The position numbers were made by a program, and so were the translations under genes. From a virus (lineage: Duplodnaviria > Caudoviricetes): a DNA stretch of 64,000 bases. Positions 1-8,253 of the stretch are shown in pieces. The stretch lies in the IMG/VR virus record IMGVR_UViG_3300048549_001527; one strand, written 5' to 3'. The notes below the pieces were generated by a model, which was given only the letters and a program-made list of their open reading frames with translations, was not told where the DNA came from and ran no database searches. Position 1 is the first letter of the stretch. The number at the start of each line of letters is the position of its first letter.

Positions 1-239
1 AACTCTATTTCAACAAGAGTGTCTCGACCATTAATACTGTTAATAAGTTGGTTCTTATTAATTTTACGAAATGCTTTACCGTATAAACCAAAAACGATAG
101 CGTCCAACAATGTTGACTTACCGCTACCATTTGTACCGCTGATTAAAGTTGTTCTGTTATTATTAAGCGGGATTGTTGTCCAAGAATTACCAGACGACAG
201 TAAATTTTTATAACGAACAGTTTTAAATTCAATCTTCAT
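1..239 (-). CDS. gp46: Recombination endonuclease ATPase subunit (Rad50/SbcC-like), 5' part only, runs off window
   Basis: Read manually on minus strand: MKIEFKTVRYKNLLSSGN...ISGTNGSGKSTLLDAIVFGLYGKAFR (Walker A); ATGA overlap with gp47 stop. Confidence 0.93.
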   Translation of the reverse strand, partial: MKIEFKTVRYKNLLSSGNSWTTIPLNNNRTTLISGTNGSGKSTLLDAIVFGLYGKAFRKINKNQLINSINGRDTLVEIE

Positions 240-1300
240 GCAACCTGCTGTGCCTCAATATATAAATCATCAATTAACATTTTAATATCTTTCCTATCAA
301 CCTTCGTGTCAAGAGAGTCAATATAACTATGTAGGATTTCTTTTGTATCCTTTGTTTCATCAAGGATATCTTCAACCCCTTCTGACTCTAAATTAAGACT
401 GTCCTCAATAGCTTTAACATCAGCAGCGCCTGCGTCAGTTAATTTATTAATGAACAAGTCATATATGTATGGATTGGAACGTTCTTTCACAATCACTTTA
501 ATATATGCATCTTTGATATTATCAGTATCCAAGGATGCAATTTCTTCAATAGTCATATCAGTATCGTCGTAGTCTATCTTATGATAGATTTGAAACGGAT
601 TTAAGATCCATTCCAATTCACGGGTTTCAGTATCAAGTATACGGAAACCACGACGCCCTTCGTAATCGGACCAAGTCATTTCATACGGAGCGCCAAGGTA
701 CTTAATATTGCCATACTCTGAAGGATGGTGAAAGTGTCCTGAGTAAACTTGCTCAAAATGAGTGAACACATCTTTCTGTAAACCGTGGTCGTTAATTGCG
801 CCTTTCAACATTTCAAAACCTTGAATAGCAAAGTGGCCCATACAAATGTTTGCAGTTGAGTTTTTTATTGCCGTAAGACTTGTTTCCATATTATCTTTTG
901 TAAGCCATGGAACCATAATAACACTAGTTGACCCAAATGTCAACTCAATTGGATTGTCTTGATAAATGTTGAAGTTTGAATACTCTTGAAGCAATAGGTT
1001 CATCGAGTTAACTTCGTTGGTGTTTGTATAATATACAGAATGATTTCCAACGATTGCATGATATTCAATGTTGCGATTTGATAATTGGTCAAAGAACATT
1101 TTCTTAGCTCTTGCAAGTGTAACATAATTGACATACTTGCGGCGGTCAAACGTATCACCAAGATCTAGAACAATCTTAATATCATGTTTATCTAAATACG
1201 GAAAAAATATTTCGCTGAAAAACTTTTCTTGATGATCCAAGAATACTTTAGAGTCACCTCGTACACCGAGATGCATATCTGTAATAATTGCTATTTTCAT
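236..1300 (-). CDS. gp47: Recombination endonuclease nuclease subunit (Mre11/SbcD-like)
   Basis: Metallophosphoesterase motifs TDMHLG, DLGDTFD, GNHS, GHFHH; next to gp46; start moved to 1300 (TAATG coupling with upstream ORF). Confidence 0.95.
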   Translation of the reverse strand: MKIAIITDMHLGVRGDSKVFLDHQEKFFSEIFFPYLDKHDIKIVLDLGDTFDRRKYVNYVTLARAKKMFFDQLSNRNIEYHAIVGNHSVYYTNTNEVNSMNLLLQEYSNFNIYQDNPIELTFGSTSVIMVPWLTKDNMETSLTAIKNSTANICMGHFAIQGFEMLKGAINDHGLQKDVFTHFEQVYSGHFHHPSEYGNIKYLGAPYEMTWSDYEGRRGFRILDTETRELEWILNPFQIYHKIDYDDTDMTIEEIASLDTDNIKDAYIKVIVKERSNPYIYDLFINKLTDAGAADVKAIEDSLNLESEGVEDILDETKDTKEILHSYIDSLDTKVDRKDIKMLIDDLYIEAQQVA

Positions 1301-1509
1301 TACCAAAATCCTAACGTTTTACCATTGCCACCTATAATCATAAAGCAAGTAACAATATGTAGTACTATCCAAAATGTTCTAAACCAAAGAGCCTTCATAA
1401 CATCCTTTTGAGTAATCGGAAGGTTTTCAGGTTTATCATTATCATTTAATCCTATAGGCATTCCAACAGTTCTTGCCCAGAGTTTAAACCATTTGCGCTG
1501 ACCGCTCAT
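1300..1509 (-). CDS. Hypothetical small membrane protein
   Basis: 69 aa ORF coupled to both neighbours, hydrophobic C-terminal segment. Confidence 0.7.
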   Translation of the reverse strand: MSGQRKWFKLWARTVGMPIGLNDNDKPENLPITQKDVMKALWFRTFWIVLHIVTCFMIIGGNGKTLGFW

Positions 1510-1979
1510 AAATTACCTTTATTATAGATTAACCATACTATAAACACAAAAACACTGGATGTCAATAGAAATAAGAATATTCCTGCTGTCCACTCTATAC
1601 ATTTTTCTTTAAATTCCTGCGCAGCATATACTGCTTCCTTTTGATCTTGTTTAATTTGATTTTCAATTCTAAGGATTTCTTGCCAAGCTGATGGACCGTA
1701 ATTCGATGATATAAAACTACGGAGTTCATCTCTCATATTTTCAACCTTTTTCTTTTCAGCCCAAATTTGAACAGCGTCTGCTTTAGATTTGCTACCAAGA
1801 GCTTTGTACCATTTTGGTTTTTCAGTCTTGTCTGCGGCATAATTAAAATCAGATATAGCTTTTGACCATTGGCCGAGTTGACCTGCCATGTCTTGAATGT
1901 CGCGACCAACAGAAACTGCTTTTTTGATTCCGTTGAACGCTGCAGTTGCTGCAGCAACCGCTGTAAATGGATCTACCAT
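1506..1979 (-). CDS. Hypothetical protein with C-terminal TM helix
   Basis: 157 aa ORF in operon orientation, coiled-coil-like middle, hydrophobic C-terminus. Confidence 0.75.
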   Translation of the reverse strand: MVDPFTAVAAATAAFNGIKKAVSVGRDIQDMAGQLGQWSKAISDFNYAADKTEKPKWYKALGSKSKADAVQIWAEKKKVENMRDELRSFISSNYGPSAWQEILRIENQIKQDQKEAVYAAQEFKEKCIEWTAGIFLFLLTSSVFVFIVWLIYNKGNL

Positions 1980-2066
1980 ATGATAACCTTTCTAGATCAA
2001 ACATTTTGTATATCATATGGTAATTAATATAAGTCAAGTTTTGAAAAAATTATTTATTCTCCAATA

Positions 2067-2570
2067 CTATTTTTTCTTCTCTTTATCACGAGTTAATTTG
2101 TCTTCAAAGTCTTGAACAAATGCATTCATATAATCAGCATTAGTATTTAAATTGAGAACCACTTCGTCGCCAGCGTACGTTCCGCCAGTTGCAATCATAC
2201 TTTGTGAAGATTTAAAACGAATATACATTTGCTTCTTTTCTTTTTGAATGCGCCGTAAAAACGCGTACCAAATGATTTGCGTAAAGTATGCAAATGGATT
2301 CTGCGATTTTTCAGGATTAAAGTTATTGATATATTGTAGGCAATTTTCAATGCCGTCTGATATCATATCTTCTTTGTACGAATAACCACTGAAGTTTGGT
2401 TTTGTCGCGAGTCTTGTTGCGATTTGATAAATGCATTTGCCAATGTAATCAGGTACGCGTGGTACTATTTCACCTTGGTCTTCTGCTTCGACACAATCTT
2501 TTTTGTAATTGATTAACGCTTCTAGCAGATCTTTGTTGTTTACGTAATTCCGTTTGCGAGGTTTCGCCAT
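2067..2570 (-). CDS. gp55: Late-transcription sigma factor
   Basis: NYVNNKDLL..., IATRLATKPNFSGYSYKEDMISDGIENC, NPFAYFTQI typical of gp55; upstream of 47/46 as in T4. Confidence 0.95.
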   Translation of the reverse strand: MAKPRKRNYVNNKDLLEALINYKKDCVEAEDQGEIVPRVPDYIGKCIYQIATRLATKPNFSGYSYKEDMISDGIENCLQYINNFNPEKSQNPFAYFTQIIWYAFLRRIQKEKKQMYIRFKSSQSMIATGGTYAGDEVVLNLNTNADYMNAFVQDFEDKLTRDKEKKK

Positions 2571-2604
2571 GGACGGTGTCCTCCTTTATTGTGGTTATAT
2601 TAAT

Positions 2605-2633
2605 ATAGTATTCTAAAAATACTAATATGTCAA
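2605..2633 (-). promoter_or_regulatory. Sigma70-type promoter for gp55
   Basis: TTGACA-N17-TACTAT on minus strand, AGGAGG RBS downstream. Confidence 0.75.
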
Positions 2634-3233
2634 CTACTTTTTTCTAACATCGCGTGCTGATACAAAAGATGGTTCTTCTGGATCTCGCAGCTCATATACA
2701 AAAAATTCGTTAAGTAATTCTATCCATTGATCTTTTTTGATACGATTAAGAAAAAATCCTTTGTAATGCTCTCGGTGTTCTACACCCCAAGTATCATCTT
2801 CGTAATGGTCAAATGTAGGCGGTATTTGTTTTTTATGATCTGAAAGGTCAATATGTATTCCGCCTGAGCCTTCATCGTCTATCTTATTATACATCCCAAC
2901 AAGAGTATCAAATACTTCGCCCTCAGGTATATGTTCTAAAACGGAATCACACCTGAACTGTTCTGCCATAATGTAAGAAGGCATATCGTTTCTGATATCA
3001 TCAATCACATATATATCATGTAAACGAAACGAATATTCATGTTTCTTTATCCAAACGTTTTTAGCCGTTTGAGTATATCCTGCTACAAGTAAATCTATAA
3101 ATTGTTTTGACGCGTTGTGCTTAATCGGCCTACGATCTATTCCAACATACGGAACATCTTTTGGAACTGGCCAATAAGTTTGCTTATGTTGAAATTGGCT
3201 AAGATCGTAACCGCAACCAAAGTCTATAAACAT
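2634..3233 (-). CDS. Class I SAM-dependent methyltransferase-like protein
   Basis: N-terminal IDFGCG (motif I), GID, SVLEHI. Confidence 0.55.
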   Translation of the reverse strand: MFIDFGCGYDLSQFQHKQTYWPVPKDVPYVGIDRRPIKHNASKQFIDLLVAGYTQTAKNVWIKKHEYSFRLHDIYVIDDIRNDMPSYIMAEQFRCDSVLEHIPEGEVFDTLVGMYNKIDDEGSGGIHIDLSDHKKQIPPTFDHYEDDTWGVEHREHYKGFFLNRIKKDQWIELLNEFFVYELRDPEEPSFVSARDVRKK

Positions 3234-3260
3234 TTTTTTTCCTTTTTATGAAAATATTGG

Positions 3261-3309
3261 TTGACATACTCTGGATACTGTGTATAATAGACTTATGTCT
3301 CTATAAATA
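3261..3309 (+). promoter_or_regulatory. Sigma70-like promoter plus T4 late box, both antisense to uvsW
   Basis: TTGACA(3261)-N16-TATAAT(3283) and TATAAATA(3302-3309); no plus-strand ORF follows. Confidence 0.5.
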
Positions 3310-3313
3310 ATAA

Positions 3314-4807
3314 TTAGATGTTAACTGTATATATCTTATATGGGAATTGTTCAGAACCATAAATCTCAATACGTTTACGGAAATGTTTGAGAGTATAGTT
3401 TTCAAACGATCCTACTGATAGGTCGTCAGTAATATCATACAACGTAGCTTTATCTGCGTCGTTACCTTTCCTAAGAGTCCGTCCGATTGATTGAAGTACT
3501 TTGATTTCAGATTTAGAACCAGACGCAAAGATTACGTTATCCAATTTCTTAAGGTTAACACCAGTTGAGAATACACCATACGATGCAAGAATGTCATGTT
3601 GCTTAATTGGATCATTTTCAATCATATGACGAATACGTTCACGTTCTTCACCTTTTGTTGCGCCATATATAAAATGTAGTTGACGATCGTCTCTCCGAAG
3701 GAGTGGCTCTAATATCTTACCATGTTTTTCAACCAAATCAAACAACACTAAGTTATTTTGATTTTTAAGAGACCATAACAAGTTGCGAATGAATATGTTT
3801 CTTTTTTCGTTATTAACAATAAACTCTCTTTCAGCTGGGTACTTTTTCTGAGTTTCTTTAACTTGTTTAAAAGCGTCTTTAAACTTTTTACGTGTTTCGT
3901 TATTATGAGAAAGAACAATTGCTTTGATGTTGAAATCTGCAACTGTTCCGCTTTCAATTAAATCCTTAGTATTAACAAAGCGACGAACAGGACCAAAGCA
4001 ACCTTCAAGAACAAGTTGGTGTGTTTTGCTTTCCTCAGTTTTTAGTGTACCTGTAAATCCATGTCGGTAATAACATTCGTCTAAACCTTCCATGATTTTT
4101 TGCAAAGACTTAGCTTGGAACAAGTGAGCTTCGTCTCCTAATGCAACTTTAAATTGAGAGAACCAATCCTTTGGCTGTTTAATTAGTGATTGCCAAGTAC
4201 TTATAACAATAGGAGCTGAAGTATTCTTATCGACACCTCCTTGTATTTTATAAATCAAACTAGGATCGCAACCATAGTCTTCGAAGTCACCGGCCATCTG
4301 ATGAACAAGACCAATTGTAGGAACAATGATTAAGGTTCTATGACCATAAGTTTCATAATAATGTTGTTGCATAAGATAAATGATTAATGATTTACCTGAT
4401 GAAGTTGGCGATAACGATAATGATCTGCGATCTCGTAACGCGCTAACAATATAATCGTTTTGATAATCTCGAGGCTCGAATTTACAGTTTATATCTTTAG
4501 CAATTTGATAACCATAATCATCAGGAATATCATCACCGTGTATAAGATCGTCGTCAGCATTAATAGTATAACCTCTGTCTTCACAGAATTTAATTAGGTG
4601 TTTCATCAAACCGACGTAAAGCGTTGGCCGCATAGGTTGATATAAGCGGATCCAACCATCCCACATACGATTTTTGTATGCAGGAGTAAATTGATAATTA
4701 TTTGGTCTAAATGAAAAGAATTGCTGAATCTCTTGACGAGTTCCAGGATCTGCGGTTACTTTCAAATAAACAGCATTAATCTGTTCAACATTTACAACGT
4801 CAGTCAT
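3314..4807 (-). CDS. uvsW: SF2 RNA-DNA/DNA helicase UvsW
   Basis: Walker A SPTSSGKS, DEAH box, GFTGT, STGVN, QSIGRTLR. Confidence 0.95.
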   Translation of the reverse strand: MTDVVNVEQINAVYLKVTADPGTRQEIQQFFSFRPNNYQFTPAYKNRMWDGWIRLYQPMRPTLYVGLMKHLIKFCEDRGYTINADDDLIHGDDIPDDYGYQIAKDINCKFEPRDYQNDYIVSALRDRRSLSLSPTSSGKSLIIYLMQQHYYETYGHRTLIIVPTIGLVHQMAGDFEDYGCDPSLIYKIQGGVDKNTSAPIVISTWQSLIKQPKDWFSQFKVALGDEAHLFQAKSLQKIMEGLDECYYRHGFTGTLKTEESKTHQLVLEGCFGPVRRFVNTKDLIESGTVADFNIKAIVLSHNNETRKKFKDAFKQVKETQKKYPAEREFIVNNEKRNIFIRNLLWSLKNQNNLVLFDLVEKHGKILEPLLRRDDRQLHFIYGATKGEERERIRHMIENDPIKQHDILASYGVFSTGVNLKKLDNVIFASGSKSEIKVLQSIGRTLRKGNDADKATLYDITDDLSVGSFENYTLKHFRKRIEIYGSEQFPYKIYTVNI

Positions 4808-4813
4808 ATAATC

Positions 4814-5077
4814 CTATACTTCAATATCTACGAATTCACCTTCAGTAACAGCAGGTAAAATCTTATCTCCATTTGGAGCATATCGCAATACCGCTTGTTG
4901 TCTGAGTATATTTATCTCTTCTATCCGCTCTTCGATTTCCTTAACTCGATGGCTAGCAATCTCAGCTCGAGTGGCAGCTTCAACAACACGAACACGTTCT
5001 TTTTCCAAAGGCGGTAAAATGTTTTCGCTATTAGGATACACTATCGGATGCCCATACACGTTATTAATTTCTGTCAT
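4814..5077 (-). CDS. Hypothetical protein
   Basis: 87 aa ORF coupled between uvsY and uvsW. Confidence 0.65.
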   Translation of the reverse strand: MTEINNVYGHPIVYPNSENILPPLEKERVRVVEAATRAEIASHRVKEIEERIEEINILRQQAVLRYAPNGDKILPAVTEGEFVDIEV

Positions 5078-5514
5078 TAGTATTCTCCAGCTTGAAATTT
5101 CATAATGTCAATTATATTTTTGATAATGAAATTGCGGCTATGTATTGTCTTAACGATATCTTCCAGGTAGTTTGCTCGTACCGAATGATAATCTATTTTA
5201 AGACTTAAGTTTATAACATCTTTATCGCTCTGAATATATTTATCCATATCTTGGCGAATAACTTTTTTCTGAAATGGTCGCCATCCGCGGTCATGTAGAT
5301 CTTCTTCTGCCATGGATCCATCAATCCATTCGCGCTTTGCCATTTCAAGTTCTTTATAGTCATATCGAAGCTTTTTAACTTTTAGCGCTTCCTTATAATA
5401 TAAATTATAATACTTACTATGCAATTCAGGAATTCGTTTTGATTCACCCATAAGGTTCGTTTCGTCAATCTTAGAATCTTTTGACCACAGCTCGCTGATA
5501 TCATCAGTGCTCAT
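5077..5514 (-). CDS. uvsY: Recombination mediator UvsY
   Basis: WSKDSKID, IPELHSKY, YIQSDKD, IHSRNFIIKNII; position next to uvsW. Confidence 0.9.
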   Translation of the reverse strand: MSTDDISELWSKDSKIDETNLMGESKRIPELHSKYYNLYYKEALKVKKLRYDYKELEMAKREWIDGSMAEEDLHDRGWRPFQKKVIRQDMDKYIQSDKDVINLSLKIDYHSVRANYLEDIVKTIHSRNFIIKNIIDIMKFQAGEY

Positions 5515-5540
5515 ACTATACTCCTCTAGCTTATACTGCT

Positions 5541-5569
5541 ATTCTACACTAGAATCAGTGGAATGTCAA
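5541..5569 (-). promoter_or_regulatory. Sigma70 promoter with GANTC in spacer (uvsY)
   Basis: TTGACA-ttccaCTGATTCtagtg-TAGAAT, 17 nt spacer. Confidence 0.8.
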
Positions 5570-5572
5570 CAA

Positions 5573-6064
5573 TTATAATTGAGTGATTGTGAAACCGTTA
5601 TGGCGGAATGTTACGGTTACTTCAGGGTTTACAATATCGCCAGGTGTAATATCTAAACTGATTGGAGAGATAGTAAGTGGGAAAGCATCTTTAAACCTAA
5701 ACTCAATATTTGGGTTCTTGTGGCTATTCGTCATGATAATTACAATATCTGACTTCAATCCATCTCTTGATTTCTTTAAGCGATCGAACTGCGCCAAATT
5801 TTCAGGAGTTGCAAGACCTTCCATCCAATTTAAAATTTCTATATAATTATCAAGGTTTTCATTGAGGATAAAACTCAAGTCAAGTTCAGCATATTCAAGA
5901 TGGTCAGGAACTTGATAGATATTTTTCAATGGGTTAGGAGTTGTAACCGCGGACATCGAAATCGAAGGCAAGATAGCCCGTTGTGTTGTAAATACTACAT
6001 TTGGTATTCTTTCAATAGACACCAAAAAGGATGTTGGATTCAAATAATTTGTCTGCATGTTCAT
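5573..6064 (-). CDS. gp3: Tail completion / sheath stabilizer
   Basis: Resembles T4 gp3 (N..F.VSI, LEYAELDLSFILNENL.NY.EI..WM, F.DAFP); late promoter upstream. Confidence 0.85.
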   Translation of the reverse strand: MNMQTNYLNPTSFLVSIERIPNVVFTTQRAILPSISMSAVTTPNPLKNIYQVPDHLEYAELDLSFILNENLDNYIEILNWMEGLATPENLAQFDRLKKSRDGLKSDIVIIMTNSHKNPNIEFRFKDAFPLTISPISLDITPGDIVNPEVTVTFRHNGFTITQL

Positions 6065-6071
6065 TTTCCTA

Positions 6072-6100
6072 TTTACATTCTGTCCCGAATCAGTTAGTAT
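6072..6100 (+). promoter_or_regulatory. Sigma70 promoter with GAATCAG spacer motif (topoisomerase operon)
   Basis: TTTACA-N9-GAATCAG-t-TAGTAT. Confidence 0.7.
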
Positions 6101-6103
6101 AGA

Positions 6104-6111
6104 TATTTATA
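6104..6111 (-). promoter_or_regulatory. T4 late promoter for gp3
   Basis: TATAAATA on minus strand about 40 nt upstream of gp3 start. Confidence 0.75.
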
Positions 6112-6148
6112 ATAAATAGAGTAACCGGTAACAGAAACAAGGATCTGT

Positions 6149-6214
6149 ATGGACAACGACGACATTCCGCATAAATGGGATGATCCGTGCGATGATTGTA
6201 CTCATTGGTTTTGA
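6149..6214 (+). CDS. 21-aa peptide MDNDDIPHKWDDPCDDCTHWF
   Basis: Read manually; AAGGA upstream; lies between promoter and gp39. Confidence 0.45.
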   Translation: MDNDDIPHKWDDPCDDCTHWF

Positions 6215-6239
6215 GTATACTATATAAAATGGAGTAAAT

Positions 6240-8069
6240 ATGTCTGAACAATTTAAAATCTTAACAGCTCGTCAACACGTTCGTGAACGCATTGGTATGT
6301 ACATGGGATCAAGCGCCCGTGAACCAATTGAACGTTTTATGATGGGCCAATGGGATAGAGTTGAATACGTACCAGCTTTATCAAAAATGATTGATGAAAT
6401 CTTAGATAACTCAATAGATGAAGCAATTCGCACTAATTTCAAATATGCAAATAAAATTGACGTGTCTATTAAAATGGACAACTCAATCACCGTAACAGAT
6501 AACGGACGTGGTATACCACATGAATTGGTTTATGATGAAACTACAGGAAGTAAAATATCTCAAGCGACAGCAGCATGGACGCGTGTCAACGCAGGTACAT
6601 CTTTTGACGATGAGCGAGTAACCATCGGAACGAACGGCGTAGGATCTGCGGCGACTAATTTCTTGTCTGCAAAATTTACAGGCAAAACATGGAGAGATGG
6701 TAAATGTCAAATCGTTCAGTGTACTAACGGTGCCGAGTCAATCAAAGAAAAAGTATCAGACAAAGCAGGTAACGGAACTGAAGTTTCATTCATTCCTGAT
6801 TTTGAATTATTTGAGTGTAATAGCCTAAATGAATACGATACGATTTCTTTAGTTGAAGATCGTCTTATCAGTTTGCAAATGGCCTTTCCTGAAATTACAT
6901 TTTCGTTTAATAAGAAACGGATTAAAGTTAACGATCTTAAAAAATATTCTAAAATGTTTGTAGGTGACCAACCAGCAATTATTGAAAAGTCTGATAACTT
7001 ATCATTTTTTATTGCGCATTCGTCAGATGGCTTTCGTTCAAATAGTTTTGTAAACGGTGTTAATACTCGCCAAGGCGGAACATATGTCGATTTTGTAATG
7101 AATAGCATTGTTGAAGAATTGTGCGTTATGATTAAACGTAAACATAAGATTGAAATTAATCGTAATCATTGTAAAGGTAATCTTACGTTTATTATGTTTG
7201 CTCGTAATTTTACTAATCCAAAATTTGACAGCCAAACTAAAGAGCGTCTAACAAACCCAACTGGAAATGTTAAAGAACACGCAACTGAAGCTGGTATTAA
7301 GGATGCTGTATTCTTTGCTCGCAAAATTTTAAATACTCCTGAGCTTATTGATCCTATTATCGAAGCGCAACTTGCGAGAAAGATTGCAGCTGATAAACGT
7401 GCAGCTACGCTTGCTCAAAAAGGCCTACGCCGCGTTAAGGTTGCAAAACATATTGCTGCCAACAAATCAAACGCAACTCTAAAGATCGTCGAAGGTGACT
7501 CAGCTATGGGTTTCTTACTTAAGGTTCGCGATGCTAATAAGGTTGGAGCATATCCACTTCGAGGCGTCATTATGAATACGTGGGATATGAAACCTGCTGA
7601 TGTATTGAAGAATAAAGAACTCTCCGAGCTCGTTGCGGTTTTAGGACTTGATATTACTAATCCTAATAGCGTTGACAATATGACATATGAAAGCGTTGCA
7701 ACTCTAACTGATGCTGACCATGATGGTATTGGTCATATTAGTCCATTGCTGATTGCATTCTTTTTCAAATTCTGGCCACGCCTATTAACCGAAAAACGTG
7801 TAAAGATTACTCGTACACCTATGATGATTTCAACGTTCAAAGATAAGGTTATTTGGTTTTACGATTACGATAGCGCAAACGATCATAAACAAAAAAATCC
7901 AAATTGGAAACACCGTTACATTAAGGGCCTCGGTTCATTAACTGAAAACGAATATGATAGTATTATTAACGATCCACAATATGATACTGTTACGGTCGAT
8001 GATGCAAGTATTTTTCAAATGATGTTTGGTAAAGACTCAGCATTACGTAAGGAGTATATGTTTGCATGA
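6240..8069 (+). CDS. gp39: DNA topoisomerase II large subunit (gp39+gp60 fused)
   Basis: GHKL motifs EILDNSIDE, DNGRGIP, GTNGVG; TOPRIM VEGDSA, PLRG, DADHDG, YIKGLGS. Confidence 0.96.
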   Translation: MSEQFKILTARQHVRERIGMYMGSSAREPIERFMMGQWDRVEYVPALSKMIDEILDNSIDEAIRTNFKYANKIDVSIKMDNSITVTDNGRGIPHELVYDETTGSKISQATAAWTRVNAGTSFDDERVTIGTNGVGSAATNFLSAKFTGKTWRDGKCQIVQCTNGAESIKEKVSDKAGNGTEVSFIPDFELFECNSLNEYDTISLVEDRLISLQMAFPEITFSFNKKRIKVNDLKKYSKMFVGDQPAIIEKSDNLSFFIAHSSDGFRSNSFVNGVNTRQGGTYVDFVMNSIVEELCVMIKRKHKIEINRNHCKGNLTFIMFARNFTNPKFDSQTKERLTNPTGNVKEHATEAGIKDAVFFARKILNTPELIDPIIEAQLARKIAADKRAATLAQKGLRRVKVAKHIAANKSNATLKIVEGDSAMGFLLKVRDANKVGAYPLRGVIMNTWDMKPADVLKNKELSELVAVLGLDITNPNSVDNMTYESVATLTDADHDGIGHISPLLIAFFFKFWPRLLTEKRVKITRTPMMISTFKDKVIWFYDYDSANDHKQKNPNWKHRYIKGLGSLTENEYDSIINDPQYDTVTVDDASIFQMMFGKDSALRKEYMFA

Positions 8070-8221
8070 TAGAATGGTATGATATACTAGCTGCAACCTT
8101 TTGTGCGTGGCTAATACTAAACTTTTTCTTCTTTCCATTTATCGGTCCCATTATATCATACAGTTTGTGGGAAGCTTGGAAAGTGTATTGCAATTATCGG
8201 TTGACATCTACACTCAAATAG
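8066..8221 (+). CDS. 51-aa hydrophobic membrane peptide between the topoisomerase genes
   Basis: Read manually: MIEWYDILAATFCAWLILNFFFFPFIGPIISYSLWEAWKVYCNYRLTSTLK; ATGA overlap, AAGGAG upstream. Confidence 0.55.
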   Translation: MIEWYDILAATFCAWLILNFFFFPFIGPIISYSLWEAWKVYCNYRLTSTLK

Positions 8222-8229
8222 TGTAGAAT
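8201..8229 (+). promoter_or_regulatory. Sigma70 promoter for gp52
   Basis: TTGACA-N17-TAGAAT; GAATC at 8235-8239 near the start site. Confidence 0.8.
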
Positions 8230-8253
8230 ATATAGAATCACAAAGGAAATATA

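Noticed and set aside
19-213. Plus-strand 64-aa ORF from the ORF track
   Set aside because: Antisense shadow of gp46, which is clearly encoded on the minus strand
6240-8069. gp39+gp60 fusion as a novelty
   Set aside because: The fused form is common in T4-like phages; the split gene is the T4 peculiarity
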